DNA of 64,000 bases from Lama guanicoe (Eukaryota). Both the position numbers and the translations under genes were made by a program. Below the pieces are notes generated by a model. It saw only the letters and a program-made list of their open reading frames with translations, was not told where the DNA came from and did not search any database. Positions 1 to 16,403 of the stretch are shown here, piece after piece. Every line of letters starts with the position of its first letter. Position 1 is the stretch's first letter. The stretch spans positions 2,887,822-2,951,821 of the forward strand of contig MU053472.1 of the NCBI GenBank assembly GCA_013239625.1. The letters run 5' to 3'.

Positions 1-63
1 TTGAACCCAGTAGTACCTCATGCATGCTAAGCATACACTCTACCACTGAGCTATGCCCTCCCC
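1..63 (-). mobile_element. tRNA-Ala-like SINE (camelid Vic-1-like), cut by the window edge
   Basis: Reverse complement GGGGAGGGCATAGCTCAGTGGTAGAG...GGGTTCAA contains Pol III A and B boxes. Confidence 0.85.
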
Positions 64-89
64 TTACTAGCTATTCTTGTGTCTTTATC

Positions 90-1560
90 TTCCCATGTGT
101 ATATGCGTACATAGATGCATTTATTTCCTAGCTCTGACCACTGAAAGATCCTAGAAGGAAATACACCTAGAGCCTAGATTTGTGTTTCTATTGTTACTCT
201 CCACTTTTTATAAAAGGGATCAAAGCTTCCCAGAAAAATGAAAGATCCAGGGCTGGGGAGGGTATAAAATGAGCATGGTGTAACTTGTTGTGCAGGAAAT
301 TAGGAAGTGCTCAAACAGCAATGAGACCATGACCCAAAGCCATGAGAGGCAGGCTGATAAGGTTATTCTATCAGTCAAAACTGGGATAATTTGAAAATCA
401 AAACACAAAGAAACAAACAAACATTACTGGATTATAACCCACAGAACTCATATGAGTGCACGAATATATCCATGACTGATAAATGTGGAGAAAGCAATGA
501 AGTTGGAGTACTGTCATTTCGCACCCAGTGTAGAGTAAGAATGGTTAAGAAGAATCAATAGATTCCAAATTTTGGGGCAGAGGGGCTACAATTGCGGGGC
601 AGGGGGGCTACCCACCCACCCACCCACACACAACAGGAGATTCGCATGGTCTTAAGTGTCTCTTCACAAACTACTCAATAACTGCAGGGTAAAATCTAAT
701 AATCATACAATGGAAAACTGACAACTTGATAAAAAGTGACTCCACAAAGGAAGAACAAAAGGACATCAGGTGCTTCTGCACGTTATAGCATGAGAAAGAC
801 AAAACTTCAGTCATAAATTTTGGATGGAAATGCACAATCTAAATATAATCAGTAGGAACTATAAGAAAAACTCAAAGAACATTTTTTTTTAAAAGAGACT
901 TTTCATTCACGTGAAATATACAGAATAAGTGAACCCACAGAGACAGAAGGCAGTTTGTAGGTTGTCAGGGGCTGGAAGGAGGCAGAGAATGAGTACCGGA
1001 TTTCCTTATGTGGTGATGAAAACTTGAAACTAGACAGACTGGTGATTACACAACATCGTTCACTTTCAAACGATTAATTTTATGTTACGTGAATTTTACC
1101 TTAATAAAAAGTTAGAAAAAGTCTATCTGTACAATGATGTCTGACAATAAAAGACAAAGAAAGGCTGAAGAATTGTTTCGGATCAAAAGAGACTAGAAAG
1201 ATATGAGTACATTCAATATGTAATCCTAGACTGGAGGGGAAAATTTCTTTTAAAGAACATTATTGGGTCAATTGACAAAATCAGAATTTCTTTTAAAATC
1301 TATTTTATTCCATCAGTGTCAGACTGACCAAGGTTGCTATTTATAATGTGGTTATGAAAGAGAATATCCTTATTCTTAGGAAACACACACAGAAGAGGTA
1401 TGAAGCCATGATGTATGCAACTTATTCTCACATGGTTAAAAATTTAAATGTGTGTATATATACACCCATGTATGTACATATGGTGTGTATTATGTGTACA
1501 TGAGAGTGTATGAGAACACAAGTGATAAAACTAGTGGGGTTAAATGTTAACAGGTGAGTA
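90..1560. mobile_element. Mosaic of old L1 (L1M-type) fragments
   Basis: L1 3'UTR-like motifs such as acagaaggcagtttgtaggttgtcagggg and aagaacattattggg. Boundaries and subfamily are approximate. Confidence 0.6.
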
Positions 1561-1724
1561 CAGACAATCTACTATTTTGGCCACTTTAAAGTTCATAATC
1601 ATCGGCAAAGTTTTTTAAAAAGCATGTCTCTTCCAAAAACTCCCCATTATTACTTAAAACCACTCTGAAACTATCAAAACATAAAATGGTTTGTAAAAAT
1701 GCGTTCTTCTCTCCACATGGTTCA

Positions 1725-2030
<306 letters not shown>

Positions 2031-2290
2031 TTATATATAAATAACACACTCTTGACATGCTAACTATGTAAGTACCTTATGGTCTATAATGTGCTTCCCA
2101 TGTATTATTTTGAATTCTCCAACAATCCTATTACAAATTGGGAAATTAAGACCCGGAAATGGTTTAATGACTTGCCCAAGATTACACAGACAGTATGTAA
2201 GACTATTCCATACTCTCCCAAATCTATCAGCTACATTATCTAGATAGGATATAGAAAGAAGAGATGACAGATTCACAGACTGTTCTTTTT

Positions 2291-2441
2291 TCTTCTTTTT
2301 AAACCTTTTTTTTTCAGCAGGGGAGGGGTGGTAATTTGGTTTACTTATTTGTTTTATTTTTAGAGGAGGTGCTGGGGATGGAACCCAGGACCTTGTGTAT
2401 GCTAAGCATGCGTTTCTACCAGTTGAGCTATTCCCTCCTCC
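2291..2441 (-). mobile_element. tRNA-Ala-like SINE with target-site duplication (TSD)
   Basis: A/B boxes and A-rich tail; TSD agactgttcttttt at 2277-2290 and 2443-2456. Confidence 0.88.
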
Positions 2442-3576
2442 TAGACTGTTCTTTTTCACACTGGTCAAAATATCTAGACCTAAATAAATCTTGCCTAGGA
2501 GTAGGATAGGGATATGGAACGAGAAAATAGGCCAGATTATCTGAGGTTCCTTTCAATTCTAACATAATTAACATACATCATTACCAATAGCCAAAAGAAG
2601 CAGTACCCCAAATACATACCAGGAACAAAAATCTGGTAGCTTTAGAACCTCTGGGCTTAATAATGCTAGCAGTCATATGATCACTCCACCAAGGGACATG
2701 GCTTTGCTAAGCTACAGCTTATATTTCAATGGTCCAGATGACCAACACTCTTATCATGGTTTAAATAACATGTTAAATTGTTATGACCTATAATCACTTT
2801 AAACTAGTCTCAAGCTTTTAAAAATCAATGTTCTATTTTATATCTTCATTGTCCTTAAATGCAGAATTTTTCCATGTTTGAAACATTCCAATATAAATTC
2901 TATGAATACCATTAGTAGAACACCTATACCAACACAGTTTAAAATTAAACCCCATAGGGTCTCTTGATATCTTTTCATAGATAGAGTAACCTTATACTAT
3001 TTTTCTAACCCACTAACCTCATTTACATCAGCACTTTCTGAACACTAGTTCATCAAAATGTCCCAACTAAAAAAACATACTTCATGTACTTTTTTAGTAT
3101 TAGACACACTCACATATATTCTCCTCTACTGGAAATTTGTAATTCACATTGTCATATTAAGGTTCAACTTAAAAATCAGTTTAACATAGAGTTACAGGGT
3201 TATAGAGGAAACTCTTTTCTCTTGTTACACCTGGTAAGAATTTATCAGAGAAGAATTAGTTATTAAATATGGTGGTATCATACCTAACTAAAAGGAGGCT
3301 TTTTACATAGTTTATATGAAAAACAGCTATGTGGTTTGACTCTGTGTAATTATAAACATGTAAGAAATAACTGATCAACCAGGGTAACAGATATTCTATA
3401 ATATCTCAGAAAACAGCAAAACAGATTTTTTTCCAGCGCTATACATCAAGCTATAGCTAGCCTATCACTTCTAAATTAGGCATCTCCAGCAAATTAAGGT
3501 CTATATGAGTTACTGAGTAGCTTCTAAGGCAACTGACAGGTTATACTTTTATTCACTACCACACTAGGAGACACTA

Positions 3577-3759
<183 letters not shown>

Positions 3760-4360
3760 CTACGGTTAAAAAAAAAAAAGTCGTATGATTTATAAGCAAA
3801 ACCAAAAGAAATTAAAAAAAAATAAAACTCATTTCCCTCTTCAAGCTCAGTTTTTTGTTTTGTTTTGCTTTGTTTATTTCTTGGAGCTCAGTTTTAAAAT
3901 TCAGTTGTCTGGCTTGGGTTAATTAATTACTTCAGCATTCCTCCAAAGCACAAGTAAGTCCAAAGATGCTACAGTCATGAAATGATTATGGAACATCATC
4001 TGGTAAAAAGGCCTCCATTATAGCAACACTGCCTTTCTGTTTGGGGAGCTAGAAGATAAAGTTTCTAATATCTTTAGTTAAGATGGTTTTAATACTGTGC
4101 TTTAGAGACTACGGCCTCTACTCAGATACCTCAGAGGCTATCAAATAAGTAGGGTGTAGGCCACTTAACTTTTTCAATGATAGCAGCTCTGTTCTATTCT
4201 ATGTACTTGGCATGCACATAAAATTCTAAAGGATTCTGCTGGGGTAAAAAAAAAGTTGAAAGTCATTGTAGCTCACTCTTACTGGACACAGAGTTTCAAA
4301 AGGATGAAAATTTCCAGTGTGAGAAGTAAAATCTACAAGATTTTATTTTTAAATTATCTA

Positions 4361-4573
<213 letters not shown>

Positions 4574-5899
4574 TTATACTTGGCTCATATCCCAATAGCT
4601 GAAGAATGCCTAACCCTGTTTCAGTAAATTTTTATGAATACCTATAGTCACAGCAAAATACCAGGTCCTTCCCACACATACTCTTTACAAAAACAGGCAA
4701 CAAGATTTGTGAGCCACCAGTGACACTCAGGGTATAAATAATCACACTGGGACTTTCACTAATAGTAACAAGTGAATTTGGAGCTGACTTAAGAGCTATA
4801 GTCATACTGTCAAATTAGGTATATATGGCTCACATTTCTTTCAAACTAATAACTTATTTTTTTACCCCTCCCCATTCCAATCTATATGGCCAGCTTCTAA
4901 CACACTATTATAATAAAGCCTACAAGAGCAGCATGATGGTGATGGCCATGAATTAAATACACCATATGTTGCTATAACATACAAGTTAAAAAAAAAAAAA
5001 AGCACCTAAAGCATCTTTAAATTGCCAATTGCTTTTATCATTACAAATACCAAGCTATCATCCTACATATAGATTGACACAGATGTTACAGACAGATAGG
5101 TAACACCTGCACTGGGCATTTACCTGATACATGTCCTGTTACATTCCACAGACATTAGGTACAGCACAAAAAACAACAGTTTCCATCAGGAATTCATTTA
5201 TACACAGTGAAACATTCCTCAATAAATGATTCCTCTATGATAGTCTACTAAGGAAGGAGAACTAATAAGCAGGGTAGGACTTTCCTCAATGACAGCCACT
5301 AAGAACATCATTTGCAAGGTCAAAATAAAATGTTTCGTAAGTCTAACACCGATCAGTCACCCAATTATAAATAATTAGAAGATCAGTCTATGAAGTACTC
5401 AGAGAACACTAAACTAAATCCGGGAGTTGTAAGAAATCTTGAATAAAAAAATCAAAATGGCTGTAAATCTGAAGTGGATGTCCAGCTGCAGATTTTTCAC
5501 ATCAAGGAAAGTCTCAAGCAAGTGTTACTAGCACCATGGAAACTTTGTACTAACAGCTGCTGCAATCGTTTCTAAAAAGAATGTTTGATTGATCAATGTG
5601 AAAGACTTCTGTAGGCCAAGTGTTTCCTACTAAACAAGTATCAACACATTAATCTTCAACTTGTTTAATATGCATGTAAGATATTAAATAGCGTATTTCA
5701 CCACTTAGGGAAAAAACACACTTGCAAGTAATCTAAGACTACTTAGGTATTCTAGTCTCATACATACGTGTTTAAGATTTCTACTGCAAAGACAACTATT
5801 TGTATTTGCAAAGAAAATTTAAATTTGAAAAAATAGACAAAAACTGGGATACATTTTTTTAATTTATAAAGAATTTTGAATTTTGGTTGCTTGTTTCTG

Positions 5900-6300
5900 T
5901 TTTAATTGAAGTATAGTTAATTTACAATGCTGTGTTAGTTTCAGGTGTACAGCAAAGTGATTCAAGTCATATATATATATGTGTGTATATATATATGTAT
6001 GTGTATATATATATATGTTCTTTTTCAGATTCTTTTCCAATATAGGTTATTAAAAGATACTAAATATAAATATAGCTCCTTGTGTTACACAGTAGGTCCC
6101 TATTATTTATCTATTTTATAGATAGTAGTGTGTATATGTTAATCCCAAACTCCTAATGTATCCCCCCTCTCCTTTTCCCTTGGGTAACCATGTTTGTTTT
6201 CTATGTCTGTGAGTCTATTTCTGTTTTGTAAATAAGTTCCCTTGTATCATTTTTTTAGATTCCACATATAAGTGACATCATATGATATTTGTCTTTCTCT
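5900..6300 (-). mobile_element. L1 3' end with an embedded (TA)/(TG) microsatellite
   Basis: ttgaagtatagttaatttacaatgctgtgttagtttcaggtgtacagcaaagtgattca, a typical laurasiatherian L1 3' terminus; repeat at about 5968-6016. Confidence 0.8.
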
Positions 6301-6469
6301 GGAGATATTTTCTTGATTGCCTAAATTTGCACATGATTTCATACATGAGAATAATGCTATTAATACTTCAAACTTTTACTAAAAGGTTTCTCTTTTGTTA
6401 TATGGTTAAAGATTTTAAGATTAAAATTGAAATTATGTAAACAAATTCAGGCTTTCTTAAACATAAAGC

Positions 6470-6930
6470 TATTCATTTAACTAATTATTTACTAAGTATC
6501 TATGTACCAGACACTGGAATAAGTGGAAATACAGCATTGGAGATATAACAGAGAACAAAGTAAGCATTCCCCAAAAGGACTTACATTCTAGTGGGAAGAG
6601 ACACTGTCTCATAGTGTTAAGTGTTATAAAGGAAAAGAGCAATATATAGGAGAAGTGATGATGGAATAGGAATAGGAGTTATTTTATTTTTAGATAGGGT
6701 AAATCTGAGGTGTCCTTTCTCATGACATCTGATCAGAAATCTGAAAGAAGGTAAGGGAGCAGGTCATGAAAGTCTGAGAGGAAACTGGAAAACGACACAA
6801 GCAAAGGCCCTGGGGCAGGAGAGGGTTTAGGGAGTTCCAGGAATAGCAAGCAGGCCAACGAGGCTGAAGTAAAACCAAGAGAGGAAAAAGGATAGAAAAA
6901 TAAGATCAAAGGTAGCAAGAAGAGGCTCAT
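6470..6930 (-). mobile_element. L2 fragment
   Basis: ttcatttaactaattatttactaagtatctatgtaccagacactg...cttacattctagtggg resembles the L2 3' end. Confidence 0.7.
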
Positions 6931-9217
6931 CGGTCTGAAGAACAGCTCTATGTTTTCTGTTCAGGGCTACAGTTTCAGAAGGTTAGGGCATGAACTGAAT
7001 AATGCTAATGACACCATTTCATCCTACTTACAGGCTGCTGTAAAGAATTTATATTCTACCAATCTCTGTATTCCTGGCGGCTAGCGTATAAATGATACGT
7101 GTTTAATGTTCAAGATTAGATTCAGATAAGTATTTTTCTTATTATCACAGTTTACATACACCACCAGTCAATTATATAGCTAGTATGTCTAAAATGAAGT
7201 TTAGTAACAATAATGATGAGATGTAGCATTGCAGGTACATACTACAGGTCAGTAACAAGTGAGTAAATGGTTTAATACTTTCATTCTCATTACTGGCGTG
7301 AAAGGCTGAATATACAACAGCAGAATCTTAGCAATGAGCTCACATTTCAGATTATTTAATGATAAGACACCATGTTTTCCTAACTCACCCTGGAATTAAA
7401 ATTCCTTCAAGAAGTCAGGAATAACTAAAAACCAAGAAGAAACAAAAGTTGCCTGACAGAAAGGCTAACTCGGCCTTACTTGCAAGGCTTGTTAACCATG
7501 GTCACCACTTGAACACCTATGGCATACAAAGTACTTGACAAACACAGCTTGTGGTTGAAGAAACCAAGGCTGAGACACAGTAGTTAATCTGCCCGAGGTA
7601 ACAGCTAGATATTTACTGAATGAATAAACTATACCTAATAACAGAAAGAAATGGAATTTGAACTAGGTCTGACTGGTTCAAAAGCCCATAATTCACATCC
7701 ACTCTCCTCTAACAGACTCGCATCCAGTTCCCAAGTGTGGAGGGGAATCCTCATCTAATTAGATCTCATGAGCTAAGCACCACAAGACTGCACCATCCTA
7801 GATTCCAGAGGATTTTCTGAAGCTCAAGAACATCACAATTAGGTGAAAACAGTTAATTTAGTCCTGCTTTACTTATATGATAACTTAATGCTAAAGAAAT
7901 TACAACTGAAGCATAAAAGTTGAGAGCTTAATAAAAACACAAAGAAATCAGTGTCAGATGTAGTAGTATTTTTTAAGAAAAGGAAACAGTACTGATATTC
8001 AAAGGAGGAACTAAACTGGTATCATGGGTACACTAGCCAAGCATAGAGCATGAAATCCTTCTCATTTGGAGGGGTTTTTTGACACCAGAAAGTCCTGGGT
8101 TCAGACACATCATACTAGCCAGGCAGGCTACTCAGAATATTTATGATGGCCAAAACATTATAAAGCTATACTTTGGGGGAAAGTTTATCTTTTAATCTAA
8201 AATATAGGGCAACTTCAGCACTTCTAATTACATCATTATACTACAACCCCTAAGGGTTCAGTTATTTAATCTAAGTATTAAGTTCTTCAAAAGAACAAAC
8301 AGCTAAAACTATAGATTATCTAAAAATGATGATTGCAGTAAGGAAAGCCTATTTTTTCCTACTAAATTGCACAAGAAACATTTCGGTTTCAGTTTCAATC
8401 TAAAATATCCCAGAAGAAAAAAATACTTAAGAATTTTATATACTATCTCTGGAATCATTTCATATATATTTAATATAAATGTAAAATACATAAATATTCT
8501 ATACTTTTCCTAATTTTTAGAAGCAACTGCTAAAGTATTATTTTCCTCACAAAGTAACTAGTAGGTATGAGAATGAAGCTAAAGTTAAATATTTAACAAA
8601 ATTAACTGCCCTTGGGTATGCTTTAAAGTCTAAGAATCCTTAAATCATTACTCTTCATTCCAACTCAGGCAACCCTTACTTCTCTACAACCAAATTCATG
8701 TGTCACAAAAGCTGAAGATTTTTTTGTTTGACTGTAACTTAAATTTATGAATTAATAAATGATTAATACTCAGTTTCTAGAGTCAGGCTAATTTGATAAG
8801 AGAAAAACTATGTTCTTTACACAATAGAACGTTTATATATAACAGAGGCTCCTTAACATGACACTGAGGGCAAGCGAATCTTAATATTCAAAAAGAGCCT
8901 AAATGATATTTTAAAATACTGAGCATCTACAACCACTTTTCGAAATTTTTCTTCCAAAAATAAAGTGAAAGAAAGAAAATTCCTCTGAGATAGTGGGTTT
9001 TTTTTTTTTTCATTTAAACAGATGGTCATTCTTAAATATTACTTACCAATTTCCTTCCCTATTTCAAAGGAAACCACAAAATATTAAATTTGGAAGAAAT
9101 AATTCAGCACACAATTTGAGAATGCTAAGAATTTCACACTTAGGGGAAAAATATTTTAAAACTATGAGCAAACCCTTGTAGAACTGCTGATCTTCAACCC
9201 AACCAGAAGATGCATTA

Positions 9218-9397
<180 letters not shown>

Positions 9398-9796
9398 TTA
9401 AAGAAACAAATAATTAAAATTAAGCACAGGTGCACCTTTGAGAATAACAGAAATAAAAAATACCTAAGCAATTAAACATTATACTAATTATACCTCAATT
9501 TAAAAAACATCAAACACACTATTATACTGAATACTCCCAAATAAAAACTGATTGCTTAAAAAGCTCAATGAGAATTCAGTTCAATAAACAGATTTGCACT
9601 TTAATCCCTACAAAACAGAAAATTCAATCCAATGTTTTCTAGTAGCTGAGAAACACTTAGGAGGCAACTGCTTAATATCAAAGCTATTATCATACCATAT
9701 TCCATGTAAGAAATTTTAAACGAAGTCCATTATAACAGGTGTTTTTCTATATGCAGTTAATGGGAAACATGCAAAAGTAGCTTAAGAATTTAATAT

Positions 9797-10003
9797 AGTG
9801 CTGTTCAACAGAATTTTCTTCAGTGATCCAAATAATTCTATATCTGTATTATCTAATATAGTAGCTACTAACCATATGTAGCTTATGAGTATCTGAAATG
9901 TAGCTAGTGTGACCAAATAACTAAATTTTTAATTGTATTCAATTTTAATTACTTTAAATTTACATAGCTGTATGTGGCTGGTGGCTACTATACTGAAAGA
10001 ACA
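9797..10003. mobile_element. MER3-like hAT MITE
   Basis: Internal inverted symmetry: tagtagctactaaccatatg ... tatgtggctggtggctacta. Confidence 0.7.
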
Positions 10004-10184
10004 GTATAAATGCAGTGCATAGTTAACAGAAAATGAAAAAACTAAGAAAATCAGTAGAAATCTCTTATTCCTTCTGTCTAGAGCAGTACTATAAAGAGAG
10101 GGAAGGAAAGGTAATTGGGGACCAGATGTTTAGCTAATGAACCTAAAAGCCACCAACAGTGATCACATTAGTATTTAGTACAAC

Positions 10185-10380
10185 CATGGTTCTCAACTGG
10201 GGGTGATTTTCTTCCCTGGAGACATTTTTGGTAGTCACAACTGGTGGAGCCCATGCTACTGGCATCTAGCGGACTGAAGCCAGTGATGCTGCTAAATATC
10301 CTGCATGCACACAACACATCCTCCAACTCAACAAATTATCCGGCCCAAAACGTCTGTAGTGTAAGCTTGAGAAAACCTGC
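10185..10380. mobile_element. MER20-like hAT MITE
   Basis: ggttctcaactggggtgatttt...gctactggcatctag...gatgctgctaaatatcctg...ttgagaaaacctg. Confidence 0.78.
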
Positions 10381-10643
10381 TGTACACAGAATGTCCTTGG
10401 CTAGAAACTTTGCCACAATAAGAATTAGACAATATAAGCATGAAATCTTACTATACCCAATTATTAGTATTTTAATCTTATATATTTATGACAAAGCTAC
10501 TATATATATTTGAATTTTAAAATTCTGCCTTTAATCCACCTATAGAATACCCACACAGTCTTGCTCATCGCTCATCCCTAGAACCTGACATAAAAGATGC
10601 TTGACAACATTTACTGAATAATAAAACTTAAATTATCCCATCA

Positions 10644-10925
<282 letters not shown>

Positions 10926-11020
10926 CTAGAGGACAAAATAAATAAAATAATGTTGAACTTAATGGTGATATGAAATTACTATCATTCAGTAACGCAAACA
11001 CATTTTCAGTATACTAATTA

Positions 11021-11212
<192 letters not shown>

Positions 11213-11389
11213 CTATAAAATCACAAACAGGATGAGTTTATTTTATCACCCCATTTATACCAGTAATCCCATATCCAGATTACATAATAAGATTCACTAA
11301 TGAACACATAAAGGAGAGAAGGTACAAAGGAATGTTAGCTGAATTTTGTTAAATGAGGAACAGGCTTCTCAGTAGCTTCAAATAACTTA

Positions 11390-11635
<246 letters not shown>

Positions 11636-12177
11636 TTAAGATGCTTAAAAACTGTTTTATGATACTGTTGATAATATGTAAACAAAAGAAAATTAAACAT
11701 TATTTCTTCCTTTACATACAAAAAATTGCCAGACCAAATCCCAGATTTAAAGAATATTATTTGGACAACATTAACTTCATAATTCAAGAAAAAAATTTGT
11801 CTTCTGGAGTGACTTTTAGTTCAAGTAAAAACTATTTCAAGATACTATGTAATAGCAGAATACAAACTGATAAAAATTTAAAATTTTGATGAACTATTTA
11901 AAACACAGAAAAGCATAAAAATGAAAGAGTCTGTGACTCCCACTTCGTATATGCATCTCTTCCCTCTCCCCTCACCTAATGGGAATGACTATCCTTTGCA
12001 TTTTGTTATTCCCATACGTTTTTCATATTTTTAATACATATACCTCCTCTAAAAAAGGTGGTGTTTGTTTTGCATGTTCTAAAATTATATACAGATAGTA
12101 TCTTACTGTCCATTCTTCTGCAACTTGCTTTTTTTGGTAACATACTTGAGATTTATCCATGAAAACAGACATAGCTC

Positions 12178-12255
12178 TAATTTCTACAAATAGAAAGGTT
12201 AACCTATTCTCCAAAGTAATTTCTACAAACAGAAAAGTTAACCTATTCTCCAAAG
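12178..12255. repeat. 39-bp tandem duplication, 2 copies with 2 mismatches
   Basis: taatttctacaaa(t/c)agaaa(g/a)gttaacctattctccaaag at 12178-12216 and 12217-12255. Confidence 0.92.
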
Positions 12256-12287
12256 ATCCCCTCATTCTCTGTTTAAATCAACTTCTA

Positions 12288-12434
<147 letters not shown>

Positions 12435-12868
12435 CTACAAACACAGAAAAATTTAACCCCTGCTGCAAAGTTCCATTTTGACATCATTTAAAGCTTTTTC
12501 TATAATAGAATCTTGCTAATTCAGAACTATTGGTAAAAGTATAAATTCAGTTTTAACTCAGATGCTTAACTTAACCTGGTTATATAAGACAAAGATACTC
12601 TGGTGACAACATGCTTGAACAAATAGTTGTAAATTTTTCACTGGCTTATTCAGTTTCAATGACCACAGAAAAATTTGTTCTAACAGGTTAAACATACCCT
12701 AGCAACTTAAACCCTGATGAGTCATGCAAAAGTAACTATCTCCATTTCTGAAGTGCAATTTTTTATCTGAGAGTAGTAACAGCGTTTTTATACTTTTCCA
12801 AGTAATTAATAGTGAATTTCCTTAAATTTTTAAAGTCACTGAGAGTTACTATAGGCTCATTTCTCTCA

Positions 12869-13090
<222 letters not shown>

Positions 13091-14047
13091 TTAGTAATCC
13101 ATGAGGTATTTTATAACCAGCACTTGACACAACTTCCCCTACAAATAATAACTAACATGACAGTTACTCAGTTGTCCCAGAAACGTATGATAAATATGCA
13201 GTAGTTGTGCTTATAAAGACTCTTGATTTTGCATTCACAGCAGTATCTCTGGAGAATTTTCCACACATCCTACTTAAACAAGGATTAAAAACCCACCAAG
13301 ACTTCACACTTACCAGTATTACCAACTATCTTCTTAGAAATGTAAATAATTAAAAAGCAGAATCATGTACTTCTAACTATTAAAAATATTCAGGTGTCAG
13401 ACTCCCGTGGTCCCAATTTTTCAAGAACAACGCAATCCTTAATGTAATGTTATCAAATGAAAATCTGATTTAAGGAGCCAGATGAGGCTTACCACAAGGA
13501 CCACTATTAAAATTAGAGCAGAATCTGTATGTCTGAAGGATCTAAGTTCCATTATCTTCTCGATGTCTGGATTTAAGGTTGTAAAGAAGGCCACCAATTT
13601 AACAAGGTCAAACAGATAAAAATTTTAGAATTTTTAGGCGGCATGCAGGCAAATATCCTCTGTACTGTTCAACCTGCCTCAGTCAGCTGCCCAATCTGGA
13701 AAGCAGCTTCTCTAAGAGAGTCTTGCTTTATACACTAGAGCTGATTTTCTACTTGTTCTGATTATGTCAGAGAATAGCCCCATCCCTGATAAGTCAATAC
13801 TGAGAAGCTCTACCAGAGTCTATACCTCTAAACTTAACATGCTGACTAAATGAAGAGTTGACCAGTGTCCTTTTAACCACAAATGGATCCCATATGACCA
13901 TTCACACAAACAAGTAATGATGCTCAAAAAGCTTTCACGCTGTTATGCTGGTCAACTCAGTTACCTTGGCTGTTCCCATCCTCCCTTATCTTAAATAATT
14001 AAGATGGATCTCAAATACTAGTGTGGCTAGTAACAACTCTTCAGCAG

Positions 14048-14078
14048 ACTCCCGTCCGAGCAAACTCCCGTCCGAGCA
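14048..14078. repeat. 16-bp-period tandem duplication
   Basis: actcccgtccgagca repeated exactly, at 14048-14062 and 14064-14078. Confidence 0.92.
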
Positions 14079-15171
14079 TCTCAACCCTGACGTACTATTC
14101 TCTAGTATAAGACTGCCAGCTGGGTCAAGAAACAAGGACTTAGAATTAGTGATGTAAAAATATTACTGACATACACTAACGCTGAATGGTGTAATAACAT
14201 TAAAAGGTATTCTCTGCTCAGGGTGTTTTAAACAGAACCACCTTGGTTTTTGACAGTGGCATAAGACATGGTAATCATTACTGTTACTTTGTGGAGAAAG
14301 GCTTTCTCTGGTGGGATGAAAGGGACAATATCACTAATGGATTGCTTAACCCTGTAATTTGTCTAACTGAGAAGCAACATTTACCACATGTACTTTAGAA
14401 ACCATAGTATGATCAGATGCTCTATGTAAAAAGAAATTAAGTACCGAGCGAATATAAAAGGCATAGAGAAATCCTACGGTAAAGAAAGATGGTTAACAAC
14501 TGTTTTTAAAGATTCATATTTAAATAACTTCAAGAAACTAAGTTAAATATTTTTTCACATAATGCCAATCAGTATTCCGTGAAATCACTCTGGAAATCGA
14601 TATCACTGCTAATTGAGACAGCCCTGCTGCCTTGTTAACTTATCTATGATCCAACATTTTATATAACGTTTCCCTTGCACACCCAAACATGATTACTAGC
14701 AGCAAATATGACAATTTTGATACTTTGGAAGTTTCAAAAGAAAAGAAATGATGTATGGTTGACACTACTGTGTATATCAAGTGTGAAGTGTGGGAGATAG
14801 AAGATACTCTTATGTCCAAATGACTATCACATATGTTGACAAATTTGAATGTATACTAAACTAAGGGTCTCACACGAAGCTTTTCCTAAGGCAAAAGGAC
14901 AGCAACTTGCTTCCAGGTTGGTAGTTTTAAGCACTCAACAAGTAATCCTGGATTCCACTTAAAAAATAAAGATATCCCACCTCAACGTGCCACAAAATTA
15001 AAACACATTTTCAAAAGGATATACGTTTATCATCACATGCAATGTCTGTTCTTGTTCTGTCCTCATAAGCAATAAATAATGGATGGAGACATTTTGGCAC
15101 AGTCTATATGTTTTTACCTTGCTAATGTGCTGTCTACTGCAATCACAGCAAAAATATATTCACATAAATTA

Positions 15172-15396
<225 letters not shown>

Positions 15397-16070
15397 TTAA
15401 GGACTCCCTTTAAAGATGATCCAACATCATACTAATAACTCCATGGGTTTCTTAGATCAATCTCAGAGGAATGATTCCATCTACGAATACCAAATCTCAA
15501 ATCTTCAATATATTTAATAGTAAAGATTCAATGTTGGTCACACTTCTGGTTCAGTGCTATAAGATTATTCTGAATCAGAAATATACCAACCTAATTATAA
15601 TGCCAATGTATAAGAGAATAAACGTATTAATAAGCAGTTATGGCTAAGCTATTATTGCCGGTTCACATTAAGTGGAAATTTCATTACACTGGCCAGGGAG
15701 TAAGGCGTTAATTCAGTCCAACATAATTCACAGGTGATGAGGATAAACTCAGCTCAATTTCAGACAACTTTTCCTACCATAAATTCAACAGGATTTGTTT
15801 AAATCTCCAACTTGTGGAAGTAAAATCAGTAGCTATCATAGATGAGGCTCAAACAGTGTAACAACTAAGTAATTAAACATTATTATATCTATGTAAATCA
15901 TAGCTTGTTAGGTCTACATACCATTCTAACATTCTGAGTTTTAAAAAGCTAACTAAATCTAGAGCACAGAAAAGTAATTAATCAAATATAGAGGTACTGA
16001 CAAGTAACTCAACTTCTGGAAAATCTGACCTAAAACAGATTAGCTTCTCTGTGGAAGTTGGTTCTGCTTA

Positions 16071-16403
<333 letters not shown>

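Noticed and set aside
2064..2468. 134-aa ORF
   Set aside because: It is a read-through of a SINE, its A tail and a MIR fragment.
14940..15036. Intronic C/D box snoRNA (GTGATGA on the minus strand at 15036-15030)
   Set aside because: No CTGA D box or terminal stem at a suitable distance.
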